Shown here piece after piece: positions 40,594 to 51,186 of a DNA stretch of 64,000 nucleotides. Source of the stretch: Bacteroidaceae bacterium. Its GTDB lineage: Bacteria > Bacillota > Clostridia > Lachnospirales > Lachnospiraceae. The stretch spans positions 7,073 to 71,072 of the forward strand of contig CAVBJS010000007.1 of the NCBI GenBank assembly GCA_963596015.1. Direction: 5' to 3'. The position numbers and the translations under genes are program-made. Within the stretch, counting starts at the first letter, position 1, and each line of letters opens with the position of its first letter. The notes under the pieces are model-generated. The model searched no databases. It was not told the origin of the DNA and saw nothing but the letters and a program-made list of their open reading frames with translations.

Positions 40594-42210
40594 ATGAAAT
40601 TAAACAGTGAAGGATTACAAAACAGAGCATTTTGGCAGGAGGCTGGCTATCAGCTTCCCTCTTTTGACCATACCGCAGTTTCCGATAAGACAAAGGGAGC
40701 TCCCTTCTGGATCCATTTCGGCGCCGGGAATATCTTCCGCGCGTTTCAGGCCAACGCCCTTCAGAGACTTTTAAACGACAATACCCTGGACCGGGGACTG
40801 ATCGTGGCGGAGGGCTATGATTATGAGATCATCGAAAAGATGTACCACCCCCATGACAATTACTCTATTCTCGCCACTTTAAAAGCAGATGGCTCTATCG
40901 AGAAAACGGTGGTGGGAAGTATCACAGAATCTCTTATCCTGGACAGTCAGGATGTGGCATCCTACAGCCGTTTGAAAGAGATCTTCGCCAATGCCTCCCT
41001 GCAGCTTGCCTCTTTTACCATTACCGAAAAAGGCTACTGCTTACAGGACAGTCAGGGCCGTCCGCTCCCAGATGTCTCCACTGATCTTGCCCAGGGCCCG
41101 GAGGCACCCATCAGTTACATGGGAAAAGTGGCCGCCCTTTTATACCATCGCTTTACCAAGGATGCGCTCCCTCTTGCCATGGTCAGCATGGACAACTGCT
41201 CTCACAACGGGGACAAGCTGAAAGCTGCCATTGTCACCTTTGCAGAAAAATGGGTGGAAAACCATCTGGCAGAGCCTGCCTTTTTAACCTATGTGACCTC
41301 CGATAAAGTATCCTTCCCCTGGACCATGATCGATAAGATCACCCCTCGTCCCAATGCCTCTGTGGAGGAGCTTTTAAGAAAAGACGGCATCGAGGACCTT
41401 GATCCGGTCATTACCGACAGGCATACCTATGTGGCCCCCTTCGTCAACGCAGAGGAATGTGAATATCTGGTCATCGAGGATACCTTCCCCAACGGCCGTC
41501 CTGCCCTGGAAAAAAGCGGCTTTATCTTCACCGACCGGGAAACCGTAGACAAGGTAGAGCGGATGAAGGTATGCACCTGCTTAAATCCTCTCCATACAGC
41601 TCTGGCTGTCTTCGGCTGCCTGCTGGACTACCAACTGATCGCCGAGGAAATGAAGGATCCCACTCTTAAGAAGTTAGTGGAAAGACTGGGCTATCAGGAA
41701 GGACTGCCTGTAGTGACAGATCCCGGCATTTTAAATCCGAAGGAATTTCTGGATACGGTACTTACGGTCCGCATTCCCAATCCTTTTATGCCGGATACGC
41801 CCCAGCGGATCGCCACCGATACTTCCCAGAAAATGGCTATCCGCTATGGGGAAACCATCAAAGCCTACCGGAACTCCTCTGCACTGCAAACCACAGATCT
41901 AAAGATGATCCCTCTTGTATTTGCCGGATGGCTCCGGTATCTCACCGGCCAAAATGACCGCCTGGAAGCATTTTCCATCAGCCCGGATCCCATGGCAGAG
42001 ACTCTTGGCGCCATCGTCTCCGGTGTAAAACTGGATGGTACCTGCGACGCCGTTCAGGCGGAAAGCTTACTGCATCCTATTCTGGAGAATGAAAAGATAT
42101 GGGGCGTCAACCTGTACGAGGCAGACTTAGCCCTTCCCGTCTGCCGTTACTTTGCGGAAATGACCAGCGGTGCCGGTGCCGTCGCTGCCACACTTAAAAA
42201 ATACGTTTAG
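40594..42210 (+). CDS. uxuB: Mannitol dehydrogenase family protein (likely D-mannonate oxidoreductase)
   Basis: WIHFGAGNIFRAF, FTITEKGY, SMDN, MIDKITP, LNPLHT; true start MKLNSE after AGGAGG. Confidence 0.8.
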   Translation: MKLNSEGLQNRAFWQEAGYQLPSFDHTAVSDKTKGAPFWIHFGAGNIFRAFQANALQRLLNDNTLDRGLIVAEGYDYEIIEKMYHPHDNYSILATLKADGSIEKTVVGSITESLILDSQDVASYSRLKEIFANASLQLASFTITEKGYCLQDSQGRPLPDVSTDLAQGPEAPISYMGKVAALLYHRFTKDALPLAMVSMDNCSHNGDKLKAAIVTFAEKWVENHLAEPAFLTYVTSDKVSFPWTMIDKITPRPNASVEELLRKDGIEDLDPVITDRHTYVAPFVNAEECEYLVIEDTFPNGRPALEKSGFIFTDRETVDKVERMKVCTCLNPLHTALAVFGCLLDYQLIAEEMKDPTLKKLVERLGYQEGLPVVTDPGILNPKEFLDTVLTVRIPNPFMPDTPQRIATDTSQKMAIRYGETIKAYRNSSALQTTDLKMIPLVFAGWLRYLTGQNDRLEAFSISPDPMAETLGAIVSGVKLDGTCDAVQAESLLHPILENEKIWGVNLYEADLALPVCRYFAEMTSGAGAVAATLKKYV

Positions 42211-42222
42211 GGGGAAATAGCC

Positions 42223-43632
42223 ATGAAAACCTTTATGGATCAGGATTTTCTGTTGGAAACACAAACGGCACAGGCGCTTTTTCATACCGCTGCCAAAGAC
42301 CTTCCCATCATTGATTTTCACAACCATTTAAATCCAAAGGAAATCTGGGAAGACCGGTGCTATGACGATCTAACCCAGGTCTGGCTCTCCGGGGATCATT
42401 ACAAATGGCGGGCCATGCGGGCCAACGGTATTTGTGAAGATCTGATCACCGGCGACGGGGACCCTTACGAAAAATTCCTTGCCTGGGCCGATACCGTTCA
42501 GAATTGCATCGGCAATCCCCTCTATCACTGGACGCACCTGGAGCTGCAGCGATACTTTGGCATACATACGCCCCTGTCTCCCGCTACTGCCAAAGAGATC
42601 TGGGAGAAGTGCAACGAAAAGCTCCGTTCTCCGGCCTATTCTGTACAGAACCTTCTGCGGATGCAGCATGTAGAGATCCTGTGCACCACCGATGATCCGG
42701 CAGATTCCCTGGAATGGCATCAAAAACTGGCAACACAAAGGGATGCGATCGGATTTCGGGTACTTCCCTCCTTCCGTCCGGGCAATGCACTGGATATTGA
42801 AAAGAGCGGCTTCTCTGGGTATGTCTCTCTTTTGAAAGAGCTTACCGGCATTGATACCTGCTGTCTTTCCGGCCTTCTTGGTGCACTGGAAAAACGACTG
42901 GATTTCTTTATACAGCAGGGCTGCCGCGTCACTGACCATAGCCTGGAAAAGAAATTCTTTCTCCCGGCTTCCGAAGAAAAGATCGAAGAGATCTACCGCC
43001 GTGCCCTGCGCATGGAATCCATAACCGAAGACGAAGGTGCTATGTACAGAGGTTATCTGCTGACGAAGCTGGGAGAATTGTATGCAAAGCGGGGACTGGT
43101 CATGCAGCTGCATATCGGTGCCATCCGCAATAATTCCTCCAGACTGTATGAAAAGCTGGGGGCCGATATCGGCTGTGACAGCCAGAATGACTTTTCCTAT
43201 GCTCCCCAGTTATCCGGCCTTTTTAATGCCATGGATCAGCATGACCTGCTGCCCCGCACGATCCTGTATTACTTAAATCCCAAAGACGCCGCCATGCTTG
43301 CCACCATGGCAGGCAATTATCAGGGAAATGCGCAGCAGATCCGCGGAAAAGTACAGCTGGGCAGTGCCTGGTGGTTCTGCGATCACAAGAACGGCATGGA
43401 GCAGCAAATGGATACTCTGGCAGATGTAGGACTTCTTTCCACCTTTGTAGGTATGCTGACGGACTCCAGAAGCTTCCTCTCCTTCCCCAGACATGAGTAT
43501 TTCCGCAGGATCCTCTGCAATAAGGTCGGAACCTGGGTGGAAAACGGGGAATATCCCTATGATCCGGCGTATCTGGAAAAATTGGTGCAGGATATCTGCC
43601 ACGATAATGCTAAGACTTTCTTTCAATTTTGA
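42223..43632 (+). CDS. uxaC: Uronate (glucuronate) isomerase
   Basis: IIDFHNHL, DHYKWRAMR, GNPLYHW, WWFCDH, LTDSRSFLS. Confidence 0.95.
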   Translation: MKTFMDQDFLLETQTAQALFHTAAKDLPIIDFHNHLNPKEIWEDRCYDDLTQVWLSGDHYKWRAMRANGICEDLITGDGDPYEKFLAWADTVQNCIGNPLYHWTHLELQRYFGIHTPLSPATAKEIWEKCNEKLRSPAYSVQNLLRMQHVEILCTTDDPADSLEWHQKLATQRDAIGFRVLPSFRPGNALDIEKSGFSGYVSLLKELTGIDTCCLSGLLGALEKRLDFFIQQGCRVTDHSLEKKFFLPASEEKIEEIYRRALRMESITEDEGAMYRGYLLTKLGELYAKRGLVMQLHIGAIRNNSSRLYEKLGADIGCDSQNDFSYAPQLSGLFNAMDQHDLLPRTILYYLNPKDAAMLATMAGNYQGNAQQIRGKVQLGSAWWFCDHKNGMEQQMDTLADVGLLSTFVGMLTDSRSFLSFPRHEYFRRILCNKVGTWVENGEYPYDPAYLEKLVQDICHDNAKTFFQF

Positions 43633-43652
43633 TCTTAGAAATGAGGATTATT

Positions 43653-44315
43653 ATGAACGCAATATTTGAACAGATAAAAAAGATCGGCATCGTCCCCGTG
43701 GTGGTACTGGACGATGCCAAGGATGCCCTGCCTTTGGCAAAGGCTTTAACAGAAGGCGGGCTGCCCTGCGCGGAAGTCACCTTTCGCACCGATGCGGCGG
43801 AAGAATCTATCCGGCTTATGACAGAGCATTATCCGCAGATGCTGGTAGGCGCCGGCACGGTACTGACCATCCAACAGGCTGACCGCGCCATTGGAGCCGG
43901 GGCGAAATTCATCGTCAGCCCCGGGTTTAATCCCCGCATTGTAAAATACTGTATTGATAAAAATATTCCCGTTATCCCCGGCTGCTCCACCCCCAGTGAT
44001 ATGGAGCAGGCGTTGGAACTCGGGCTTGACGTGGTAAAGTTCTTTCCGGCAGAGGCTGCCGGGGGATTAACCTATATCAAGGCCGTCGCAGCGCCCTATA
44101 CCAAGCTTTCCTTTATGCCCACCGGCGGCATCTCTCCTTCCAATGTAAAAGACTACCTTTCCTATGACCGCATTCTCGCCTGCGGCGGAAGCTGGATGGT
44201 CAAGGATGCACTTATAAAGCAGGGAAATTTTGCGGAAATAGAGAAACTGGTCCGGGAAGCCTCTGATCTGGTGACCTCCATCCGACCGACCCGGTCTGCA
44301 AAGGAGGGAAACTAA
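43653..44315 (+). CDS. eda: KDPG/KHG aldolase
   Basis: EVTFRT, GAGTV, FIVSPG, KFFPAE, MPTGGI. Confidence 0.93.
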   Translation: MNAIFEQIKKIGIVPVVVLDDAKDALPLAKALTEGGLPCAEVTFRTDAAEESIRLMTEHYPQMLVGAGTVLTIQQADRAIGAGAKFIVSPGFNPRIVKYCIDKNIPVIPGCSTPSDMEQALELGLDVVKFFPAEAAGGLTYIKAVAAPYTKLSFMPTGGISPSNVKDYLSYDRILACGGSWMVKDALIKQGNFAEIEKLVREASDLVTSIRPTRSAKEGN

Positions 44316-44318
44316 ACC

Positions 44319-45347
44319 ATGGCTAAGGTTGTAACAATGGGTGAGATCATGCTCCGCTTATCTCCTCCCGGATACCAGCGTTTTTCCCAGGCCGCTTCTT
44401 TTAACGCCTGCTACGGCGGCGCGGAGGCCAATGTGGCAGCTTCTCTGGCCCAGCTGGGACATACTGTTTCTTTCCTGACAAAGGTTCCTGCCAATCCTAT
44501 TGGGGACGCTGCCCTTTACTCTCTCCGTAGCCTTGGAGTAGACTGCTCTCACGTGGCCCGGGGCGGAGATCGCCTTGGCATCTATTTTCTGGAAAACGGC
44601 GCTTCTGTCCGCCCTTCCAGCGTCATCTATGACCGAAAAGATTCTGCCTTTACCAAGGCCGGTGCAGAGGAATTTGATCTTGATGCTATTTTCCGGGACG
44701 CTGCCCTGTTTCATTTATCCGGCATCAGCCCCGTCCTTAGTCCCCAGGCAGGTGCCTTATGCCTGGCAGCGGTAAAGGCAGCGAAAGAACACCATGTAAC
44801 GGTTTCCTTTGACTTAAATTACCGAAGCCGCTTATGGGAATCACAGGTAAAGGAAAATCAGCGATTGCTTTCCGAGATCATCTCCTATGCGGACATCTGC
44901 TTCGGCAATCCCAGAGATGCTGCTAACTGTCTGGGCTATACTGTCCCGGAGCTGGATCTGCTTCACTGTGAGTATGACGACTGCATCAGCCGGGAACAGC
45001 TGGAAAAAATGGCAGATCATTACCACCTGGATACCATCATAACAACCCAACGGAACAGCATCAGTGCCTCCGACAATGGCTGGTCTGCCAGACTGTATAC
45101 AGACCAAAAGCTTTATACCGGCTCTGCCTATCAGCTTCACATCGTGGACCGGGTCGGCGGAGGCGATGCCTTTGCCGCCGGCGTATTGCACGGTCATCTG
45201 CAGCATATGTCCCCCCAGGATTCCCTGGAATTCGGCATTGCCGCCGCTGCGATCAAGCATACCATTCCGGGAGATGTCAATTATATTTCTGAGGCGGAAG
45301 TATTGCAGCTGATGGAAAGCCGGGGAACCGGACGGGTACAGAGATAG
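44319..45347 (+). CDS. kdgK: 2-dehydro-3-deoxygluconokinase (PfkB family)
   Basis: GEIMLRL, GGAEANVA, DLNYR, DRVGGGDAF; uronate operon context. Confidence 0.88.
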   Translation: MAKVVTMGEIMLRLSPPGYQRFSQAASFNACYGGAEANVAASLAQLGHTVSFLTKVPANPIGDAALYSLRSLGVDCSHVARGGDRLGIYFLENGASVRPSSVIYDRKDSAFTKAGAEEFDLDAIFRDAALFHLSGISPVLSPQAGALCLAAVKAAKEHHVTVSFDLNYRSRLWESQVKENQRLLSEIISYADICFGNPRDAANCLGYTVPELDLLHCEYDDCISREQLEKMADHYHLDTIITTQRNSISASDNGWSARLYTDQKLYTGSAYQLHIVDRVGGGDAFAAGVLHGHLQHMSPQDSLEFGIAAAAIKHTIPGDVNYISEAEVLQLMESRGTGRVQR

Positions 45348-45462
45348 CGTCGGCCCGGCAACGTTTCTTTCACGCTTCATGTAATATATTGTGAATAAAA
45401 GAAACAATTCAACACCCATATGGATTTCTCTTCAGAAGACCTCCATACGGCTGTACAGAAAC

Positions 45463-45503
45463 ACATTACCCGAGGTGACGGAAATCAACCCCGGGTAATA
45501 TGT
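45463..45503. terminator. Stem-loop between convergent kdgK and ABC exporter
   Basis: ATTACCCGaGG..CCcCGGGTAAT. Confidence 0.55.
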
Positions 45504-45517
45504 ATCATACTGTATAA

Positions 45518-47356
45518 TTAAGCAATTCCCTGCTTTTCAAACTGGCTGTTATACAGATCTGCATAGAAGCCTTTCTTTGCCAGCAATTCCTCATGGTTTC
45601 CCTGTTCGATGATATCGCCATCCTTCATCACCAGGATCAGATCCGCATCCTTGATGGTGGAGAGCCGGTGGGCAATGACAAAGCTGGTCCTGCCCTTCAT
45701 CAGATTATCCATGGCTTTCTGGATCTGCACCTCGGTTCTGGTATCCACCGAAGAGGTGGCTTCGTCCAGGATCAGGATCTTATTATCCGCCAGAATAGCC
45801 CTTGCGATGGTGAGCAGCTGTTTCTGTCCCTGGGAAATGTTGCTGGTCTCCTCATCCAGGACCATGTTATAGCCTCCCGGCTGCTGCATGATAAAGTTAT
45901 GCACGTGGGCCGCCTTAGCCGCCGCGATCACTTCCTCATCGGTGGCATCAAGACGCCCGTACCGGATGTTTTCCATAATGGTTCCGGAGAACAGCCAGGT
46001 ATCCTGCAGCACCATGCCAAACATTTCCCGCAGATCTCTTCTGTTGAAATCCTTAATGTCGTAACCATCCACCTTAATCTGTCCGCCGTTAAGATCATAG
46101 AACCGCATAAGCAGCTTCACCATAGTGGTCTTTCCTGCGCCGGTAGGACCTACGATGGCGATCTTCTGCCCGTCTTTTACATCGGCGGAGAAGTCATTGA
46201 TGATGATCTTATCCGGGTTATAACCGAATTTTACGTGCTCAAATTCCACATTGCCCGAAAGGCTATCGATCACTGCCGGATTGATATCCTTTTCCACTTC
46301 CTCCGGCTCCTCTAAGAACTCAAAGACACGCTCGGAAGCTGCGGCGGAGGACTGCAGCAGATTAGTCACCTGGGCGATCTGCTGGATCGGGGTCGTAAAG
46401 TTGCGGATGTACTGGAAGAAGGACTGAATATCACCCACTTCAATGCTTTTCTTAATGACGAAGATACCGCCTAAAAGCGCCACCATAACATAGCCTAAAT
46501 TTCCCACGAATTGCATGACCGGCATCATCATGCCTGAGAAAAACTGGGATTTCCATGCAGATTCGTAGAGTATCTGATTGTCCTTTTCAAATTCCGCTAC
46601 TGCATCCTCTTCTTTATTGAAGACCTTTACCACATTGTGGCCGCCGAAGTTCTCCTCGATCTGGCCGTTTACCTTTCCCAGATAGCTTTGCTGTGCCTGG
46701 AAATATTTCTGGGAATGCTTCATTACCGTCTGGATAATAGCCATGGAAACCGGCAGGATCAACACCGCCGCCAGGGTCATCCATACATTGATGGACAGCA
46801 TCATGATGAACACGCCGATCAGGGTGGTGACAGAGGTGATCAGCTGGGTCAGGCTCTGGTTTAAGCTCATCTGCAGGGTATCCACATCGTTGGTGATGCG
46901 GGAGAGAATCTCGCCGTTGGTCCTGCTCTCAAAATACTGCAGGGGCAGTCGATTGATTTTCTGTGAGATCTCCTTTCTCAGGTTATAAGTGACGTCATTG
47001 GAGATTCCTGTCATAACGAATCCCTGAATAAAGGAAAAGCAGGCACTTGCCAGATACAGTCCAAAGGTAAACAGAAGGATCGTTCCGATCTTTTTAAAAT
47101 CAATCTCTCCGGTGCCGTTGATCTTCGCCACCAGGCCTGTATAAAGCTCCGTGGTGGCTTTACCGAGGATCTTAGGCCCTACAATACTAAAGATGGTGCC
47201 GGCTATGGCAAAGACAACCATCAGGGCAAACCGGAATTTGTACCGTTCCATGTAACGGAAAAGCTTCGCCATGGAACCTTTAAAGTCTTTCGCTTTTTCG
47301 TCGGGCATCATTCCCCGGCCCCGTCCTGTCATAGGCCCTCTTTTACGTTCACTCAT
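45518..47356 (-). CDS. ABC exporter, fused permease/ATPase subunit B
   Basis: TM domain + GPTGAGKT, ISQGQKQ, LDEATSSVD. Confidence 0.92.
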   Translation of the reverse strand: MSERKRGPMTGRGRGMMPDEKAKDFKGSMAKLFRYMERYKFRFALMVVFAIAGTIFSIVGPKILGKATTELYTGLVAKINGTGEIDFKKIGTILLFTFGLYLASACFSFIQGFVMTGISNDVTYNLRKEISQKINRLPLQYFESRTNGEILSRITNDVDTLQMSLNQSLTQLITSVTTLIGVFIMMLSINVWMTLAAVLILPVSMAIIQTVMKHSQKYFQAQQSYLGKVNGQIEENFGGHNVVKVFNKEEDAVAEFEKDNQILYESAWKSQFFSGMMMPVMQFVGNLGYVMVALLGGIFVIKKSIEVGDIQSFFQYIRNFTTPIQQIAQVTNLLQSSAAASERVFEFLEEPEEVEKDINPAVIDSLSGNVEFEHVKFGYNPDKIIINDFSADVKDGQKIAIVGPTGAGKTTMVKLLMRFYDLNGGQIKVDGYDIKDFNRRDLREMFGMVLQDTWLFSGTIMENIRYGRLDATDEEVIAAAKAAHVHNFIMQQPGGYNMVLDEETSNISQGQKQLLTIARAILADNKILILDEATSSVDTRTEVQIQKAMDNLMKGRTSFVIAHRLSTIKDADLILVMKDGDIIEQGNHEELLAKKGFYADLYNSQFEKQGIA

Positions 47357-49515
47357 GCCAATTCCTCCTCTGATAACTGCGACCTTGCGATCTGTTCATA
47401 TACCTGGCAGTTGGCCAGAAGCTCTTTGTGGGTTCCGATACCGGCCACGTGACCATCCTCCAGCACAATGATCTGGTCCGCTGTAAGAATGGTGCTGATC
47501 CTCTGGGCAACGATAATGGTGGTGGCATTTCGGGTATGCTCTTTTAAGGCCTTGCGCAGCATACTGTCGGTCTTAAAGTCCAGAGCCGAAAAGCTGTCAT
47601 CGAAGATAAAGATCTCCGGATCCTTGGCGATGGCTCTGGCAATGGATAACCGCTGCTTTTGGCCACCGGAAACATTGGTACCTCCCTGTGATACCGTAGC
47701 TTTGTATTTCTCCGGCTTGGCGAAAATGAATTCTGTGGCCTGGGCTACCTCTGCAGCCTGCCCTACCTGGGTATCGGAGATCTCCGGCTTACCGTAACGG
47801 ATATTGGAATCAATGGTCCCGGAGAAAAGCACGCCTTTTTGAGGCACATAGCCCAGCTTATCCCTAAGCTCTTTCTGGGTCATCTGACGGACATCTACGC
47901 CGTCTACTTTTACAGATCCTTCCGTCACATCATAGAATCGGGGAATCAGATTCACCAAAGTACTCTTTCCGCTTCCAGTACTGCCTATGATGGCCACAGT
48001 CTGGCCCTTCTTTGCCTTAAAGGAAATATCGGTAAGTACGTTTTCTCCCGCATCCGGATAGGCGAAGCTTACGTGGTCGAATTCGATCTCCCCTCTGACA
48101 TCCTCTGCCGGGAAAACCGGTGCCTTGGGATCTTCTATGGAAACTTCTGTTTTCAGTACCTCGTCGATACGGCCGGCTGCCACATTGGCTCTCGGAAGCA
48201 TAATGGAGATGGCGGTGATCATAAGAAATGCCATAATGATCTGCATAGCATACTGGATAAAGGCCATGACATTTCCCACCTGCATGGTGCCGTTATCTAC
48301 CGCATAAGCGCCGCTGTAAATGATCAGCACGGAAGTACCGTTCATGATCAGCATCATGATCGGCATCATGAAGGTCATGCATCTGTTTACAAACAGGTTG
48401 GTCCTGGTAAGATCCAGATTTGCTTTTTCAAAGCGTTCTTCCTCATGTTTTTCTCTGCTGAAGGCGCGGATCACGGGAATGCCTGTCAGGATCTCGCGGG
48501 ATACCAGATTCAGACGGTCGATCAAGGTCTGCAGCTTGGTAAACTTAGGCATAGCTACCTGAAACAGTACGATGATGACCATAAAGATCAGCACCACTGC
48601 CACCCCTAAGATCCAGGTCATGGAGGCATCGGTCTTTAAGACCTTGATCACGCCGCCGATTCCCAGGATAGGCGCATACAGAACGATACGAAACATCATG
48701 GACATCACCTGCTGCACCTGCTGTACGTCATTGGTGCTGCGAGTGATCAGGGAAGCGGTGGAGAACTTATGGTACTCCTTGCTGGAGAAGCTCATCACCT
48801 TCCGGTAAATGCTGTTTCGAAGATCATGGCCCAGTCTGCCTGCCACAATGGAAGACATAAAGGTGACGCTTACCGACGCCAGCATGATCACCAGCGCCAT
48901 GGCCAGCATCTTAAGACCTGCCATGAGAATATAGTGCATCTGCATGGCATCCACATCCATTCCCAGAGCCTCATACTCGGAAGCCACAAAGGAGACACCT
49001 GCCTGGGTCACAATGGATTCCGGCATATCCTCCAGTTTCTCCTCTACCTGGTCCATGATCTGCGCCAGTGCCTCCTCCGGCATCCGAGACAACACTTCCA
49101 AGGGATCCGTCCCCTCCGGGATCCCCATCTGTGCCATTACCTGCTGTCCCTGTTCACTGTCACCGGAGAAGACTGTCAGCAGCATCATAGCCTTGGAAAA
49201 ATCCTCATTCAGAGATTCTCTGGTGTCTTTGGAAATATCCTCCTTTAATACCCAGGTGTCATCCTCCTGCGTATAGTTAGCCAGGACCTCTTCCCGTTGT
49301 GCTTCGTCCATAAACAGCCGAAGACTTTGCATGGTGGAATCCCGGAGTTTTTCCGGAACACTGTCTTCTATACCTTTCTGCTGGATACCTACGTTAACGA
49401 TCTTGGAGGTAAAATCCGGCAGAGAAAGATCACAGTACGCCTGCACAAACAGAAGTGCTGTGATCAAAACAATGTAGGGTGCTGACTTTTTCAGATAACC
49501 CATCAGTTTTATCAT
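47353..49515 (-). CDS. ABC exporter, fused permease/ATPase subunit A (degenerate site)
   Basis: GSTGSGKS, VSGGQKQR, FDDSFSALD, VAQR. Confidence 0.92.
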   Translation of the reverse strand: MIKLMGYLKKSAPYIVLITALLFVQAYCDLSLPDFTSKIVNVGIQQKGIEDSVPEKLRDSTMQSLRLFMDEAQREEVLANYTQEDDTWVLKEDISKDTRESLNEDFSKAMMLLTVFSGDSEQGQQVMAQMGIPEGTDPLEVLSRMPEEALAQIMDQVEEKLEDMPESIVTQAGVSFVASEYEALGMDVDAMQMHYILMAGLKMLAMALVIMLASVSVTFMSSIVAGRLGHDLRNSIYRKVMSFSSKEYHKFSTASLITRSTNDVQQVQQVMSMMFRIVLYAPILGIGGVIKVLKTDASMTWILGVAVVLIFMVIIVLFQVAMPKFTKLQTLIDRLNLVSREILTGIPVIRAFSREKHEEERFEKANLDLTRTNLFVNRCMTFMMPIMMLIMNGTSVLIIYSGAYAVDNGTMQVGNVMAFIQYAMQIIMAFLMITAISIMLPRANVAAGRIDEVLKTEVSIEDPKAPVFPAEDVRGEIEFDHVSFAYPDAGENVLTDISFKAKKGQTVAIIGSTGSGKSTLVNLIPRFYDVTEGSVKVDGVDVRQMTQKELRDKLGYVPQKGVLFSGTIDSNIRYGKPEISDTQVGQAAEVAQATEFIFAKPEKYKATVSQGGTNVSGGQKQRLSIARAIAKDPEIFIFDDSFSALDFKTDSMLRKALKEHTRNATTIIVAQRISTILTADQIIVLEDGHVAGIGTHKELLANCQVYEQIARSQLSEEELA

Positions 49516-49549
49516 TGCTTTTTCCCTCTTTTCTTATTGCCCTGTTTTC

Positions 49550-50020
49550 TTAGTTATCTACTGGCGCGTGCTCTATGTTATCCAGGATCTGCTCAAAGAA
49601 TCTTCTCATGAGACACAATTCCGTATCGCTGAAATTGCTGAACATGACCTCTTCCACAGATCTGCTGGCCTGCCTGATCTCCCGGACCAGGCTCTCTCCC
49701 TTTTCGGTAAGATAAACCCGCATGATCCGTTGGTCCTTTTCATCCCGCCTCCGGCACACGAAACCTACTTTTTCCAAACGCTGGATACTGACGTTCACGG
49801 TGGGCGGGGTGACGCCTATTTTGTCGGCTATCTCCTTCTGACTGCATCCATTGTTATCATGCACGATCATGATAAAGGGGATCTGCGCATTTTGAATGCC
49901 CATCTCCCGCATGGGAATATAGCTCATGCATCGCATGCCGTATCTTTTGTTGATCTCCATAAAAAGAGCCGGCATACTTTTCTCCTTTAATTCCTTTTTT
50001 TCCTCTTCTTCCGAAAACAT
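49550..50020 (-). CDS. MarR-family regulator
   Basis: SQKEIA..LEKVGFVCRRRDEKDQR..LTEKG. Confidence 0.9.
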   Translation of the reverse strand: MFSEEEEKKELKEKSMPALFMEINKRYGMRCMSYIPMREMGIQNAQIPFIMIVHDNNGCSQKEIADKIGVTPPTVNVSIQRLEKVGFVCRRRDEKDQRIMRVYLTEKGESLVREIRQASRSVEEVMFSNFSDTELCLMRRFFEQILDNIEHAPVDN

Positions 50021-50187
50021 TCCCTGTGATCATCTCCTTTGCTATTTAATTAGCCAAGCTAAGCATATGATATATAGATTTACACAATGAATGCAAGTCG
50101 TTTTTGTGTATTTTATATTATTTTTAGATTTATTATGACTGAAATCCCCCTGTTTTTCTTTTGTATTCTCTTATTTTTGATTTGCCC

Positions 50188-50280
50188 GGCTATTCTATTT
50201 TATCGTTGTATTAATTGTCAGGCTGTTCTATTTTGGCGTTGTACTAATTGTCAGGCTGTTCTATTTTATTGTTGTATTAA
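50188..50280. repeat. ~3 x 33 bp tandem repeat
   Basis: GGCTRTTCTATTTTRKYGTTGTAYTAATTGTCA units at 50188, 50221 and 50254 (last one partial). Confidence 0.88.
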
Positions 50281-50287
50281 ATTTAAT

Positions 50288-50341
50288 AAAGCAGAAAAAG
50301 AGAGAGGAACCCCATTGGTATCCTCTCTCTTTTTCTGCTTT
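50288..50341. terminator. Intrinsic terminator
   Basis: AAAGCAGAAAAAGAGAGAGGA..TCCTCTCTCTTTTTCTGCTTT. Confidence 0.85.
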
Positions 50342-50412
50342 TATGATTTTATATTTTTTGTTTCTCTGTTTTATCTTTCCGGCAAAGACAGCAGGTTCGC
50401 TGTTCACTATTT

Positions 50413-50964
50413 CTACTGCTGCCCTTCCGGGAATATGATCTTATAGATCGGGAAGTAGATCACCATCTGCACGCCGCCGTTGATGACGGTAATCAGGATG
50501 TTGTACAACGCCGGCGGAAAGAACTGCTTGCACAGGGGCACATAAATGCCCATCAAAAAGCTGCAGGCGATGGTGATAAGCACAAAGGCCACCACATACC
50601 ATGCGATCTGATACCATACATTACCCTTGGACTTAAAGGTGATATTGCGCTGCATAGGGAAATTGACACACTGGGCCAAAAACAGGGTGACGGCAAAGGA
50701 CGCAAAGTAGCCCATGCCGCCGGTGGCATCCCCGGTCACAGGGTAGTTGAACACATACGTATCCACCGGTCCTAAATTTAAATGGATCAGCTGGCAGGGA
50801 ATGCTGCACCAGTCTGTCAGGCTGTAAAATAATCCCGGCAAAAAAGTCAGCAGCAGATATTGCAATACGGTGACGAACAGTGAAAAGGCATAGAACTTTG
50901 CAAACTGTGCCACCAGCTTATGCTTTTTGGAAAAAGTAGTCCACCAATTCTGGATTGCTTTCAT
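50413..50964 (-). CDS. Four-TM membrane protein (GtrA-like)
   Basis: QFAKF..; NFPMQRNITF resembles the GtrA motif; extension to 51045 is repeat-derived. Confidence 0.65.
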   Translation of the reverse strand: MKAIQNWWTTFSKKHKLVAQFAKFYAFSLFVTVLQYLLLTFLPGLFYSLTDWCSIPCQLIHLNLGPVDTYVFNYPVTGDATGGMGYFASFAVTLFLAQCVNFPMQRNITFKSKGNVWYQIAWYVVAFVLITIACSFLMGIYVPLCKQFFPPALYNILITVINGGVQMVIYFPIYKIIFPEGQQ

Positions 50965-51108
50965 AGTTACCTTTCTATGCCGCAGCTTGTCTGCGGCAAC
51001 GTGAGGAGAATTTCGCGCAGGCGAATTCTCCGATGCGATCCGCACCTATGACGTTTACGGCATAGGTGCCGTTTGAAAGAAATGCTATCAAGCATTTCTT
51101 TCAAACTT
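50965..51108 (-). repeat. Four-hairpin element, full copy E
   Basis: H1 identical to copy A; H2 GCACCTATG..CATAGGTGC; ends AGAAAGGTAACT-ATG. Confidence 0.95.
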
Positions 51109-51175
51109 GCCTTTCTATGCCGCAGCTTGTCTGCGGCAACGTGAGGAGAATTTTCGCGCAGGCGAATTCTCCGAT
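51109..51175 (-). repeat. Four-hairpin element, partial copy E' (H3+H4), head-to-tail with E
   Basis: 51110-51175 matches 50970-51034 apart from one extra base. Confidence 0.93.
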
Positions 51176-51186
51176 AAAATCTAAAC

